Source of the DNA: Pseudomonadota bacterium
GTDB lineage: Bacteria > Desulfobacterota > Binatia > Binatales > Binataceae
Length of the DNA stretch: 64,000 nucleotides
NCBI GenBank assembly: GCA_021324755.1
Contig: JAJPIL010000001.1
Location: forward strand, 152 to 64,151
Direction of reading: 5' to 3'
Made by a program: the position numbers and the translations under genes. Within the stretch, counting starts at the first letter, position 1; each line of letters starts with the position of its first letter. A model generated the notes under the pieces. The model was not told the DNA's origin and made no database searches. It worked only from the letters and a program-made list of their open reading frames with translations. Shown piece after piece: positions 52,008 through 62,162 of the stretch.

Positions 52008-52682
52008 GTGGATGTCGCGGGGATGAGGAGGGTCGCTCGATCAGCGTCGATCGCACTAGCCGCTTGGCTTTGCGCGTGCACGACCCACAAGCCGGTGTCG
52101 CCAAGTGTAAGCACCTTTTCGACTAGCACTCCGCAGACCTCCTTCGGCATGGCCTCATGGTACGGACCCGGGTTCAACGGCCGACGCACCGCGAACGGCG
52201 AGATTTATAACCAGGAAGACCTGACCGCGGCGTCACCCACTTTGCCACTAGGAACGCTAGTCGCGGTTACCAATTTGAACAACGGCCGCTCGGTGCTCGT
52301 CAGGATCAACGACCGAGGCCCCTTTCTAAAAGGGCGCGCAATCGACCTCTCGCATGGAGCCGCACGCGCTCTCGGTATGGTTGGCCAGGGCACGGCACCT
52401 GTCAAAATAGAGGTTGTACGAGGCCCCGTCGAGGAGGCGAGTGTCGCAAACCGCTACGGCTACTATATTCAGGTGGGCTCGTTTACCAATCTCGCCAACG
52501 CATTGCGGCTGCGAGACCGACTAGCCAGCGTCTATCCGAACGTAAAAATTGAAGAATTGCGCGCGGGCACAAGCCACTACTATCGGGTTCGCATTGGCGG
52601 CTTCGCCAGCCGAGCTCAGGCGCTTGCGCGCGCAAAGGAGACGCTTTCGCTCAAAATGCCGCTCATTATCGGCCGCGAATGA
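52008..52682 (+). CDS. rlpA: septal ring lytic transglycosylase RlpA (DPBB domain plus C-terminal SPOR domain), lipoprotein
   Basis: GMASWYGPGFNGRRTANGEIYN ... LPLGTLVAVTNLNNGRSVLVRINDRGPF is the RlpA double-psi beta-barrel. C-terminal YYIQVGSFTNLANALRLRDRL ... YRVRIGGFASRAQA is a SPOR domain. Confidence 0.8.
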   Translation: MDVAGMRRVARSASIALAAWLCACTTHKPVSPSVSTFSTSTPQTSFGMASWYGPGFNGRRTANGEIYNQEDLTAASPTLPLGTLVAVTNLNNGRSVLVRINDRGPFLKGRAIDLSHGAARALGMVGQGTAPVKIEVVRGPVEEASVANRYGYYIQVGSFTNLANALRLRDRLASVYPNVKIEELRAGTSHYYRVRIGGFASRAQALARAKETLSLKMPLIIGRE

Positions 52683-54031
52683 AGCCCGCTTTCAATTGTC
52701 TTGCGCCCCGACGCCTGCTGCTCAGGTTAGTAGCGATTCTTTTCTCGACGCTGGCGGGATGCTCTTATCAGCTCGTGCATGGGGGCAAAATCAACCAGTC
52801 GGAGGTGGCCACGGTCGAAGCAGGCATTCAACGGTTGCGCCAGCTCTCGTTTAAAACCAACGTGCCCATCCTTCTCGAAACCCCAAAAGAGGCAAGCAAA
52901 ATCCTCAGCGAAGAGTTAACTCACAAGGTCTCGGACCAGGAGTTCAAAGACGAAGGGGAGGCAGGCGCTTTGCTCGGCCTTTATCCGCCCGGCATCGACC
53001 TTAAAGCGGAGAACTTAAGGCTCCTAGAAAGTCAGGTCTCCGCATTTTACGACGGCGACGAAAAAGTAATGGTGCTGCTCAGCGGAGGCACTAGCGCAGG
53101 ACTCTGGTACGGTCTGACCCAGTTTATAGCTCAACGCGACGTAATTGGAGAGATGGTGCTAGCCCATGAATTGACCCATGCGCTGCAAGACCAGCATTTC
53201 GACCTCCAACGAAAGCTGGACGAGCTCAAGGACGATGACCGCTCGCTCGCCCTGACGGCTGTAGCCGAAGGCGACGCAACACTGGCCGGCTTCGCTTACG
53301 TGCTCGGCAGCTCCGACCCGGCGATCATCGATAAGCTTGTTCTGGAACTTAATGGACTGCCGGGCGAGTTCGTCAAAGATACTAGCGGCATCGCACCCGG
53401 CGTTAGCGAACCCGTGGCGTTCGAATACGCAGCCGGCGCGAATTTTGTCGCGCGCGCTTTACGGCGCGGTGGATGGGACGCGGTCGACGAGCTTTATAAA
53501 AAACCGCCTCAGTCCACGCGCCAGATAATCCATCCCGAACTTTACTTCGATCGCTTCACGCCACCTGTAGAGGTAGCCTTTGGATGCTACGAGCGACCGG
53601 TCGACGGATGGCGCAAAAGCGAAGACAACACGATGGGGCAGTATCTCCTTGAAGTCTTGCTGGAAAACAACCTCACCTCCCACGAAGACGCTCGGGTACT
53701 GGCCGACTACTGGCGGGGCGACCATATGAAAATTCTTCGTAACGGCCCCAATCTCGCCGTCGCATGGGTCTTGGTACTGGAAAGCTCTTACGCAGCTGAG
53801 CGCTTCGCGTCAACCTACGCAAGCATAATCCCACGCTTGCCAGGTGGAAGCTCGCTGCACCGCGTCGAACAACGCGCTGAAAAGGTAGTGGTGATCGCCG
53901 GCCAGAAGCCGGAACAGAGCGAAAAAGCCGCCACGTGCGTGTGGAATAGCTTGTCGCTTAAAGCGTCACCAGAAGGCATCGCGACGTCCGCTCGAGCTGA
54001 CGCCCGCTTTAAACCTCGAGCTCAGCATTGA
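52679..54031 (+). CDS. lipoprotein with HExxH zincin-like motif (HELTHALQDQH), putative metallopeptidase-like
   Basis: Lipobox LAGC. ATGA overlap with the rlpA stop. HExxH with a downstream acidic residue; the family is not identified. Confidence 0.5.
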   Translation: MKPAFNCLAPRRLLLRLVAILFSTLAGCSYQLVHGGKINQSEVATVEAGIQRLRQLSFKTNVPILLETPKEASKILSEELTHKVSDQEFKDEGEAGALLGLYPPGIDLKAENLRLLESQVSAFYDGDEKVMVLLSGGTSAGLWYGLTQFIAQRDVIGEMVLAHELTHALQDQHFDLQRKLDELKDDDRSLALTAVAEGDATLAGFAYVLGSSDPAIIDKLVLELNGLPGEFVKDTSGIAPGVSEPVAFEYAAGANFVARALRRGGWDAVDELYKKPPQSTRQIIHPELYFDRFTPPVEVAFGCYERPVDGWRKSEDNTMGQYLLEVLLENNLTSHEDARVLADYWRGDHMKILRNGPNLAVAWVLVLESSYAAERFASTYASIIPRLPGGSSLHRVEQRAEKVVVIAGQKPEQSEKAATCVWNSLSLKASPEGIATSARADARFKPRAQH

Positions 54032-54151
54032 ACCGACATGCGTGGCTTCGATAGGCGCACTACGTAGCTGCTTTGCTTTGCGCCGCGAAACGCGCCTTAC
54101 GCCTCCCAACGCATCGGCGTGGGCAAAAAACTCGCGCAATACCTCTCCTGG

Positions 54152-56323
54152 CTACCCAACATCGGCAAGACTGAAACCGTAAGCGAGCAGCCGCTTGACC
54201 GCTCGGCGAGCACCCGACGTCTCCGGCCCGGCAAGCTCGGGGTCGCGCAAAAGGGTCTGATGCGCCATCGCGCGCGCCTGACTTATTAATTCAGCGTCGT
54301 GCACAAATCGGGCAAACCTAAGTGGTAGTGCTCCACTTTGCCTGCTCCCCAACAAGTCGCCCGGTCCGCGCAGCTCCATGTCGGCCTTGGCGATTTCAAT
54401 CCCGCTGGTGCTTCTAAGTATTGCGGAAAGCCTCCGAAAAGCTTGCTCGCAAGCGTCGTCCTTGACCAGCAATATACAGTCCGAGTCAGCGTTGCCGCGA
54501 CCGACGCGCCCCCGCAACTGATGAAGCTGTGCAAGACCGTAACGTTCGGCGTTTACGATGACGATAGCATTTGCCTCGGGTACATCGACTCCTACCTCCA
54601 CAAGCGTGGTAGCCACCAAGATATCGAGGGCTCCCTCGCGAAACGCGCGCATCGTAGCCTCTCTTGCGCGCTGGGCCATCCTGCCGTGCAAGATTCCAGC
54701 TCGAAACCGACTGAGTTTGCCCGCGCGAAGTCGCTCGGCTATCGCCTTGACGCTCGCAACGCCCTCGTCATCCAGCTCGTCGTCGCTCGCTATGTCCTCG
54801 CCGATTACGGGCAGCACGAAGTATGCGCGTCCACCTTCCTCTACTCGGCGCAGTACGATACTTTCGACTTCCTCGAATCGGCTTTCAGGAACGATCCGCG
54901 TCTGCACTCTGGCTCTGCCAGCAGGCACTTCGTCCAAAAACGAAACGTTCAGGTTTGCGAACAGGACGAGCGCAAGACTGCGCGGGATCGGCGTGGCTGT
55001 CATCAGCAACATATGCGAGTTAGGAGCCACGCTTTTCAAGCGAGCGCGATCGAATACGCCGAAACGATGCTGCTCGTCGATGACAGCTAGCCCCAGTTTC
55101 GTGAATCTAACCGAATCCTTAAGAAGCGCTTGCGTCCCAAACACGATCTGAGCGCGGCCGCATGCTATGTCACGCAAACGTTGAGCGCGCTCTTTCCCAG
55201 TCACAGCGCTTGTGAGCAGGGCACATCTGACTCCGAGCCCCTCGACATATCTTGCCGCCGTCTGGTAGTGCTGTTCGGCCAAAAGACCGATAGGCGCCAT
55301 CACCGCCGCTTGCCACCCACATTCGACAGCGCGCAACGCTGACCAGAGCGCGACGACTGTCTTGCCACTGCCGACTTCGCCGATTAACAAGCGGTTCATC
55401 GGCGTTCCAGAAACCAAATCTACATCGATTTCGGCAAGCACCCGCTTTTGCGCGTTCGTAAGCTCGAACGGTAGGCTCTTCAAAAACGCTTGCGACAAGC
55501 CGTCGCTAGCCGGTAGCACGTGACCGCGCCTTTGCGCGGCGCGTCGAGACTCCAGATGCAAAGCGAGCTGGAAGGCGAAAAGTTCTTCCAGCGCCAAAAC
55601 CTGATGAGCAGCCGTGCGCCCAAACATCAAGTCTTCAAGATTGGCCGAGGACGGAGGACGGTGTACGAAGCGCAGCGCAGCGATCGGTTCAAGTAGCCCG
55701 GAGGAGCGGCGAAGACTTTCCGGAATCGCACCCTCGAATCGTCCGTCAAGCTGATCGAGAATTACGCTTACCAGGCGCGCAAACGTGCGTTGACCCACCG
55801 TAGATGGCACCCGGTAGACCGGACGCAGCGAAAGCGCCTCCTCGCCCGAAAACTGCTCCACGACGGGGTTGACGATCTGGAGCAACGCTCCCATACCTAT
55901 CGCCACTTTTCCATGAATCAGCACTTCGCAATCGAACGGGATCTGGGCGGCCAAATGGGGAGAAAAGTTGAACCATACGACAGGTACCGAAGTTCCATCA
56001 CACTCGAATCTCGCCCGCATCAGACAAAGTTTCCGATTGCTTGCCATGGCGCGCTGCGCGACCTTGCGAAGCGTGCCGCGCATCGTGACCGTCGCGCCAG
56101 GACGCAATTCTCGCGGGTTCGACAAAACACGCCAATCTTCGTACCGGCGCGGCAGATTCAAAAGGCAGTCCAAAGCAGTGCATATACCTTGCGCCCGCAA
56201 AACTCGGGCGCGCCGCTCCCCGATCCCAGGGAGCTGTTCGACCGGAGTGTCGGGACTTAATGGGACGTCGAGCTTGTTTACATTCGATCTGCTCACGATC
56301 CCGGAGCGTGACGGCTGCCCCAC
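54152..56323 (-). CDS. recG: ATP-dependent DNA helicase RecG
   Basis: Wedge/OB N-domain. SF2 motifs GEVGSGKTVVAL, VIDEQHRFGV, and a C-terminal helicase domain. Confidence 0.9.
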   Translation of the reverse strand: MGQPSRSGIVSRSNVNKLDVPLSPDTPVEQLPGIGERRARVLRAQGICTALDCLLNLPRRYEDWRVLSNPRELRPGATVTMRGTLRKVAQRAMASNRKLCLMRARFECDGTSVPVVWFNFSPHLAAQIPFDCEVLIHGKVAIGMGALLQIVNPVVEQFSGEEALSLRPVYRVPSTVGQRTFARLVSVILDQLDGRFEGAIPESLRRSSGLLEPIAALRFVHRPPSSANLEDLMFGRTAAHQVLALEELFAFQLALHLESRRAAQRRGHVLPASDGLSQAFLKSLPFELTNAQKRVLAEIDVDLVSGTPMNRLLIGEVGSGKTVVALWSALRAVECGWQAAVMAPIGLLAEQHYQTAARYVEGLGVRCALLTSAVTGKERAQRLRDIACGRAQIVFGTQALLKDSVRFTKLGLAVIDEQHRFGVFDRARLKSVAPNSHMLLMTATPIPRSLALVLFANLNVSFLDEVPAGRARVQTRIVPESRFEEVESIVLRRVEEGGRAYFVLPVIGEDIASDDELDDEGVASVKAIAERLRAGKLSRFRAGILHGRMAQRAREATMRAFREGALDILVATTLVEVGVDVPEANAIVIVNAERYGLAQLHQLRGRVGRGNADSDCILLVKDDACEQAFRRLSAILRSTSGIEIAKADMELRGPGDLLGSRQSGALPLRFARFVHDAELISQARAMAHQTLLRDPELAGPETSGARRAVKRLLAYGFSLADVG

Positions 56324-56387
56324 CCGCCCACCAATCTGTTTTGCAACCGCTTTCGGCTTAAAGGTTGGCCGAACGAAACCTCAGCCG

Positions 56388-59300
56388 TCAGTCGCGGTAG
56401 TAGTCCTGAAGCGCTTGCACTTTGGACGGTCGCCTTTGTAGTGCCTCGATAGCCGTTACAGCTGCTTGCGCTCCAGCCATCGTCGTAAAATACGGTATGC
56501 GACACTCAAGCGCGGTGCGTCGTATCGAAGCCGAGTCGGCAGCGCCGACCACCTCTGGTGTGTTGATCACGAGGGATATTTTCCCATCGCGTATAAAGTC
56601 CACCACGTGGGGGCTTCCCTGAGCTACCTTCCGGACGGTGTCGCACGGGATACCTAAGGCGCGGATAAAACGGGCCGTGCCGTCCGTTGCAAGCAACTTG
56701 AAACCCATTCGATAAAGCCTGTGGACCACGCCGTCCAGTTCGCGTTTATCGCTATCTTTCACGCTCAAGAAAGCCGTGCCCGCGGTAGGCAACGATGCCA
56801 TCGCCGCTTTCTGCGCTTTGGCGAACGCAGCGGCAAACGACTCGTCGATTCCCATTACTTCTCCAGTCGATCGCATCTCGGGGCCCAGCAGTGGGTCAAC
56901 ACCGGCAAAACGCGTAAAGGGAAATACAGCCTCCTTGACCGAGACATGGCGCGGCACCTTCTCCGTAACAAAACCCAACTCAGTCAGCTTGCGTCCCACC
57001 ATTACTTGCGCGGCAAGTTTGGCAAGAGGCACGCCGATCGCCTTGCTGACGAACGGTACGGTACGAGAGGCACGCGGATTGACCTCCAGAACGTAAACTT
57101 GTCCCTGGAAAATGGCGTACTGGACGTTTATGAGGCCGACAACCGAAAGTTCGCGCGCAAGCAGCTTGGTTTGCCGCATAAGTTCGGCGACGATATCGCT
57201 TCCCAGCGATTGCGGCGGCAGAACGCACGCGCTGTCGCCTGAGTGGATCCCTGCGCGCTCAACGTGCTCCATGATACCGCCGATTACGACCGTCTGGCCG
57301 TCGGAGATCGCGTCGACGTCGACCTCGATGGCGCCTTCGAGGTACTGGTCGATAAGTAACGGGCGTTTTTCCGAGGCTGAAAGCGCTCCTTCCACGTAGG
57401 AACGCAAAGCGCGTTCGTCCCAGACGACCTCCATCGCGCGTCCTCCCAGAACGTACGAGGGCCGAATAAGCACCGGGTAGCCGATCCGGGCCGCGCCTTC
57501 TATCGCTTCGCGCTCGTTGCGCGCAATTGCGCCGCGCGGCTGCCTTAGATTGAGCTTGGCCACGAGCGCATTGAAGCGCTCACGGTCTTCGGCGCGATCG
57601 ATCGCGTCGGGAGGCGTGCCCAATATCGGCACTCCGGCCCGTTCCAGTGCGGTGGCAAGCTTGAGAGGCGTTTGCCCGCCAAACTGCACGATCACGCCAA
57701 GCGGTCGCTCCAGCCTCACGATCTCCAACACGTCTTCTAAAGTGAGCGGCTCGAAGTACAGGCGGTCGGAGATGTCGTAGTCGGTCGAGACGGTTTCAGG
57801 ATTGCAGTTGACCATGATCGTCTCGAACCCTTCGCGGCGAAGAGCCATACTCGCGTGGACACAGCAATAATCGAACTCGATCCCTTGGCCTATACGGTTT
57901 GGACCACCGCCCAAAATCACCACTTTGGAGCGAGAGGTCGGCTGAGCCTCGTTTTCTCCGTCGTAGGTGGAGTAAAAATATGGCGTGAAGGCCTCGAACT
58001 CAGCGGCACAGGTATCGACGGTCTTATAGGCTGGGAAGATCCCGAGCGCGTGGCGGCACCGCCTCACCTCCGATTCGTCGACGCCGATAAGGTCCGCGAT
58101 ACGCCGGTCGGAGAAACCCTTTTGCTTGAGGCTTCGCAGCTCATAAGCGTCAAGCGTTTTTGAAGCTTGCAGTCGTCGTTCGTCTTCGACGATTTCGGCA
58201 ATCGAACGGATAAACCAAGGATCGATTTTAGTGGCAGCGGCTATATCCTCGACCGTCATGCCGGCGCGCAACGCCTCGGCAACGTAGTAAAGTCGGCGGC
58301 TATTGGGCTTGCAAAGTCTCTCCCACAGAGCCTTGCGGGTCAAGCTTTTGCGCTCGCGCTCCGATACCCCATCGAAGCCAAAAGAGCCTATCTCCAAAGA
58401 TCGCAAAGCCTTTTGCAGCGATTCTTTAAACGTACGCCCGATCGCCATCACCTCGCCAACCGACTTCATCTGGGGACCAAGTTCGTCGGCGGCGTCGCGA
58501 AACTTCTCGAACGTAAAGCGCGGTATTTTGGTGACGACGTAGTCGATCGTCGGCTCAAAGCAAGCGGGGGTTTTCCGCGTTATATCGTTTGGCAACTCGT
58601 CAAGGCGATAACCGATTGCCAGCCGAGCGGCGATCTTAGCGATCGGGAAGCCGGTGGCCTTCGACGCTAGAGCAGAGCTGCGCGACACGCGAGGGTTCAT
58701 CTCGATTACGACCATCCGTCCGGTCTTCGGATCGACAGCGAACTGAATGTTCGAGCCTCCCGTGTCGACGCCGATCTCGCGGATGATGCGCTGAGCGGCG
58801 TCCCTCATCAACTGGTATTCCTTATCGGTCAGCGTTTGCGCGGGCGCCACCGTGATCGAATCGCCGGTATGTACCCCCATCGGATCGACGTTCTCGATCG
58901 AGCAGATGATCACGACATTATCGGCGCAATCGCGCATCACCTCGAGCTCGAACTCCTTCCATCCGGCGATCGACTCTTCGATAAGGACTTCGTGACTCGG
59001 CGAGTTTGCCAATCCCCATTCGACTTTCGCAAGAAAATCGTTGTACTCGCTGGAAAGCGCGCCTCCGGTTCCGCCTAGGGTGCGCGATGGACGAATAATC
59101 ACCGGCAGACCCAGCTTTTCTACGGCCCGCTTGGCCTCGTCGAGAGAGCGCGCGATTTGAGAGGCAGGCACGTCAAGCCCAATTTTCACCATCGCTTGCC
59201 GAAAACGATCGCGGTCCTCGGCTTTCTTGATCGCTTCGAGACTTGCTCCGATTAGTTTGACGCCGAAGCGTTCCAGCACGCCGCTTTCGGCCAGCTCGAT

Positions 59301-59597
59301 CGCCAAATTTAGGGCGGTCTGCCCGCCCAAGGTGGGCAGCAGCGCGTCCGGGCGTTCGCGCTCGATCACTTGAGCCGCAACTTCCGCCGTCAGCGGCTCG
59401 ATATAAGTGCGGTCGGCAAATTCCGGGTCGGTCATTATGGTGGCCGGATTCGAGTTCAGAAGAATGACGCGCAGGCCTTCTTCTTTCAGCGCCTTGAGCG
59501 CCTGCGTGCCCGAATAGTCGAACTCACACGCCTGACCAATCGTAATTGGCCCAGAGCCGACAACGAAAACTGAATGTAGATCTTTGCGTCGCCCCAA
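56388..59597 (-). CDS. carB: carbamoyl-phosphate synthase large subunit
   Basis: Two ATP-grasp repeats and an MGS-like C-terminal domain. N-terminus [29 protein letters not shown]. Confidence 0.95.
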   Translation of the reverse strand: MGRRKDLHSVFVVGSGPITIGQACEFDYSGTQALKALKEEGLRVILLNSNPATIMTDPEFADRTYIEPLTAEVAAQVIERERPDALLPTLGGQTALNLAIELAESGVLERFGVKLIGASLEAIKKAEDRDRFRQAMVKIGLDVPASQIARSLDEAKRAVEKLGLPVIIRPSRTLGGTGGALSSEYNDFLAKVEWGLANSPSHEVLIEESIAGWKEFELEVMRDCADNVVIICSIENVDPMGVHTGDSITVAPAQTLTDKEYQLMRDAAQRIIREIGVDTGGSNIQFAVDPKTGRMVVIEMNPRVSRSSALASKATGFPIAKIAARLAIGYRLDELPNDITRKTPACFEPTIDYVVTKIPRFTFEKFRDAADELGPQMKSVGEVMAIGRTFKESLQKALRSLEIGSFGFDGVSERERKSLTRKALWERLCKPNSRRLYYVAEALRAGMTVEDIAAATKIDPWFIRSIAEIVEDERRLQASKTLDAYELRSLKQKGFSDRRIADLIGVDESEVRRCRHALGIFPAYKTVDTCAAEFEAFTPYFYSTYDGENEAQPTSRSKVVILGGGPNRIGQGIEFDYCCVHASMALRREGFETIMVNCNPETVSTDYDISDRLYFEPLTLEDVLEIVRLERPLGVIVQFGGQTPLKLATALERAGVPILGTPPDAIDRAEDRERFNALVAKLNLRQPRGAIARNEREAIEGAARIGYPVLIRPSYVLGGRAMEVVWDERALRSYVEGALSASEKRPLLIDQYLEGAIEVDVDAISDGQTVVIGGIMEHVERAGIHSGDSACVLPPQSLGSDIVAELMRQTKLLARELSVVGLINVQYAIFQGQVYVLEVNPRASRTVPFVSKAIGVPLAKLAAQVMVGRKLTELGFVTEKVPRHVSVKEAVFPFTRFAGVDPLLGPEMRSTGEVMGIDESFAAAFAKAQKAAMASLPTAGTAFLSVKDSDKRELDGVVHRLYRMGFKLLATDGTARFIRALGIPCDTVRKVAQGSPHVVDFIRDGKISLVINTPEVVGAADSASIRRTALECRIPYFTTMAGAQAAVTAIEALQRRPSKVQALQDYYRD

Positions 59598-59601
59598 GGT
59601 T

Positions 59602-60792
59602 CTAAACTTCGCTTTCCAAGTAATCCATCGCGCTCTTGCCGTAACGGGCGAAGAGCTCAGTCAAACGCCGAAACCGGTTGAAAAGATAGTTTGCGTCGTG
59701 CGGACCTGGAGAAGCTTCGGGATGGTATTGCACCGAAAAGAAAGGGGTGCCTAAACCCCGAAGACCCTCGACCGTATGGTCATTGAGATTTAGATGGGAG
59801 AGCTCGGCCTTGCCGCTAATCGACTCGACGTCAACAGCAAAGCCATGATTCTGCGAGGTAATCTCGACTCGCCGCGTCCTCAAATCCAAAACGGGATGAT
59901 TGGCCCCGTGATGGCCGAAGACGAGTTTGTAGGTCCGGCCACCAAGGGCCAGACCCAATATCTGATGGCCCAGGCAGATGCCAAAGATCGGGCGCTTGCC
60001 GAGCAACTCAGCCACCGTTGCGCGGGCGTAGGGCAGCGCGGCAGGGTCGCCCGGTCCGTTGGAAAGAAAAATTGCATCGGGATTTTGCGCGAGGATCTCT
60101 TGGGCCGTGCTGACGGCAGGCATTACGCGCACGCGGAAACCTGTCGTGACTAGTTTGCGCAATATGTTGCGTTTGACGCCGTAGTCGATCGCCACCACGA
60201 GCGGCCAGTCGCGAATCTCGGCTTCGCTCGGACGCAGAAATCCGCCGCCAGGCTGCCATTCTCCCAGCTCCCAGTCGTAAGGTTCGCGACAAGTAACCTG
60301 GCGCACCAAGTCGCGTCCTTCCATGGAGGGAGCCGACCTTGCCTTCTGGACAAGACTTTCCGGGTCGAGGTCGACCGACGAAATAACCCCCTGTTGCGCG
60401 CCGTGTGTGCGAATATGACGCACAAGAGCGCGAGTATCGAGCCCTTGGATTCCGACCACCTGATGGCGACGCAGGTATTCGTCGAGCGACATGCGCGAGC
60501 GCCAGTTCGACGGCGTCGGCCAGCACTCTTTTACGATCAGCCCCTCCGCGTAAATCCGGTCCGATTCGCTATCTTCGTCGTTCACCCCCACGTTGCCAAT
60601 CTCCGGGTAGGTCATACAGACGAGCTGGCCGCAATACGAAGGGTCGGTCAGTACCTCCTGATAGCCGGTCATAGCGGTATTGAAGACGACCTCTCCTACC
60701 GCCTCGCCAATTGCTCCGCAGGCGTAGCCTTCGAATACTGTACCGTCAGCCAAAGCCAATATCGCTCGTCGCGTTCGTTCAGGCACGATCAA
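59602..60792 (-). CDS. carA: carbamoyl-phosphate synthase small subunit (glutaminase)
   Basis: CPSase_sm N-domain and class I GATase with catalytic GICLGHQ. Confidence 0.95.
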   Translation of the reverse strand: MIVPERTRRAILALADGTVFEGYACGAIGEAVGEVVFNTAMTGYQEVLTDPSYCGQLVCMTYPEIGNVGVNDEDSESDRIYAEGLIVKECWPTPSNWRSRMSLDEYLRRHQVVGIQGLDTRALVRHIRTHGAQQGVISSVDLDPESLVQKARSAPSMEGRDLVRQVTCREPYDWELGEWQPGGGFLRPSEAEIRDWPLVVAIDYGVKRNILRKLVTTGFRVRVMPAVSTAQEILAQNPDAIFLSNGPGDPAALPYARATVAELLGKRPIFGICLGHQILGLALGGRTYKLVFGHHGANHPVLDLRTRRVEITSQNHGFAVDVESISGKAELSHLNLNDHTVEGLRGLGTPFFSVQYHPEASPGPHDANYLFNRFRRLTELFARYGKSAMDYLESEV

Positions 60793-62162
60793 GCTCCTTT
60801 TTCTCCGACAGTCAGCTCGTCGTACACGATCTGGCCCTCGACAATCGTCAGCACGGCTTTACCCTTGAACACGCAACCGGAAAACGGCGTGTTGCGGCTT
60901 CGCGAGCGAAAGCGCCACGGCTGCGCCTGCCAGGTGCGCTCGGGGTCAATCACCGTAACGTCCGCAGGTGCGCCGGGACGCAACGTGCCAGACTCAAGAC
61001 CCAGAAGTCGTGCCGGGTTGAGCGCCATCAATTCGACCATCCGCATCGGGCTTATAACGCCACGATGGACGAGCTCGAGCGCAAGGCCGAGCGCCGTTTC
61101 AAGACCGACGACGCCATTGGCGGCGCGCTCGAACGCCTGCGCTTGATGCTCCAGAAGGGGCTGCGGCAAGGGCGCGACGCCAGGAGGATGCGGAAAGTGG
61201 TGCACCTCTTTAGACATGTCGTCATGCGGCGCGTGGTCTGTGGCTATCATGTCAATCGTGCCGTCGGCCAAACCTTCCAAAATTTTTGCCACATCCTCGC
61301 GCGAGCGCAGCGGCGGGCTCATCTTAGCATACGTTCCCCACTGGATTACCGCCGACTCGTCCAGCGTAAAATGATGGGGCGAAACTTCGCACGTAACCTC
61401 CAAGCCGCACTCGCGCGCCCCTCGGATTATGTCGAGCGACTCTTTTGCGGAGATGTGCGCGATGTGAACCGGCGCGTTCCATCTAAGCGCGATCTCCAAA
61501 TCCCGCGCAAGCCTCGCACTCTCGGCAACCGTGGGGTAGCCCTCAAGACCGAGCCGCGCAGCGATCTGGCCAGCGTTAATTCCACGCCCTTGCGACAAAG
61601 CTCGGTCTTCCTCGTGAAGCGCGACGCGAAAGCCCAGCAAGTGCGCCTTACGTAGCGCGCGCCCCAGAAGTTCGGGATCGTCGACCGGCGCTCCGTCGTC
61701 GGAAAACATTCGCGCTCCGGCGCGGGCCATAGCTTCGAAGTCGACCAGCTCCAAGCCCCTAAGTCCCTTAGTTACAGCCGATACGGGCACAAGTTTGGCG
61801 CCACCCGCTTCCCTTGCGCGCTTGAGCATGTAGGACGTGACGGCCGGATGGTCGTTGACTGGTGCAGTGTTGGCCATCGCGGCAACTGCCACAAAGCCGC
61901 CGCTTGCCGCTGCCATAAGACCATCGGGTATCGTTTCCTTTTCTGGAAAACCGGGATCTCTTAAGTGAACATGCGGGTCGCAAAGACCGGGCGTAACCCA
62001 GCAGCCGTCCAACGCAAGCTCGATTGCCTGTGGTTGCGCGGGAATTGTGTGCGGCGGTGCAATTGCACGGATGCGCCCGTCGGCGATCCACAAGTCCGCG
62101 ATGGCGTCGTGCCGAGTGGCGGGGTCAATCACTCGTCCGTTCCTTAAAATTATCTCCTTCAA
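60789..62162 (-). CDS. pyrC: dihydroorotase (class I, amidohydrolase)
   Basis: [10 protein letters not shown] metal-binding motif. Sits between pyrB/pyrR and carA. Confidence 0.9.
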   Translation of the reverse strand: MKEIILRNGRVIDPATRHDAIADLWIADGRIRAIAPPHTIPAQPQAIELALDGCWVTPGLCDPHVHLRDPGFPEKETIPDGLMAAASGGFVAVAAMANTAPVNDHPAVTSYMLKRAREAGGAKLVPVSAVTKGLRGLELVDFEAMARAGARMFSDDGAPVDDPELLGRALRKAHLLGFRVALHEEDRALSQGRGINAGQIAARLGLEGYPTVAESARLARDLEIALRWNAPVHIAHISAKESLDIIRGARECGLEVTCEVSPHHFTLDESAVIQWGTYAKMSPPLRSREDVAKILEGLADGTIDMIATDHAPHDDMSKEVHHFPHPPGVAPLPQPLLEHQAQAFERAANGVVGLETALGLALELVHRGVISPMRMVELMALNPARLLGLESGTLRPGAPADVTVIDPERTWQAQPWRFRSRSRNTPFSGCVFKGKAVLTIVEGQIVYDELTVGEKGA

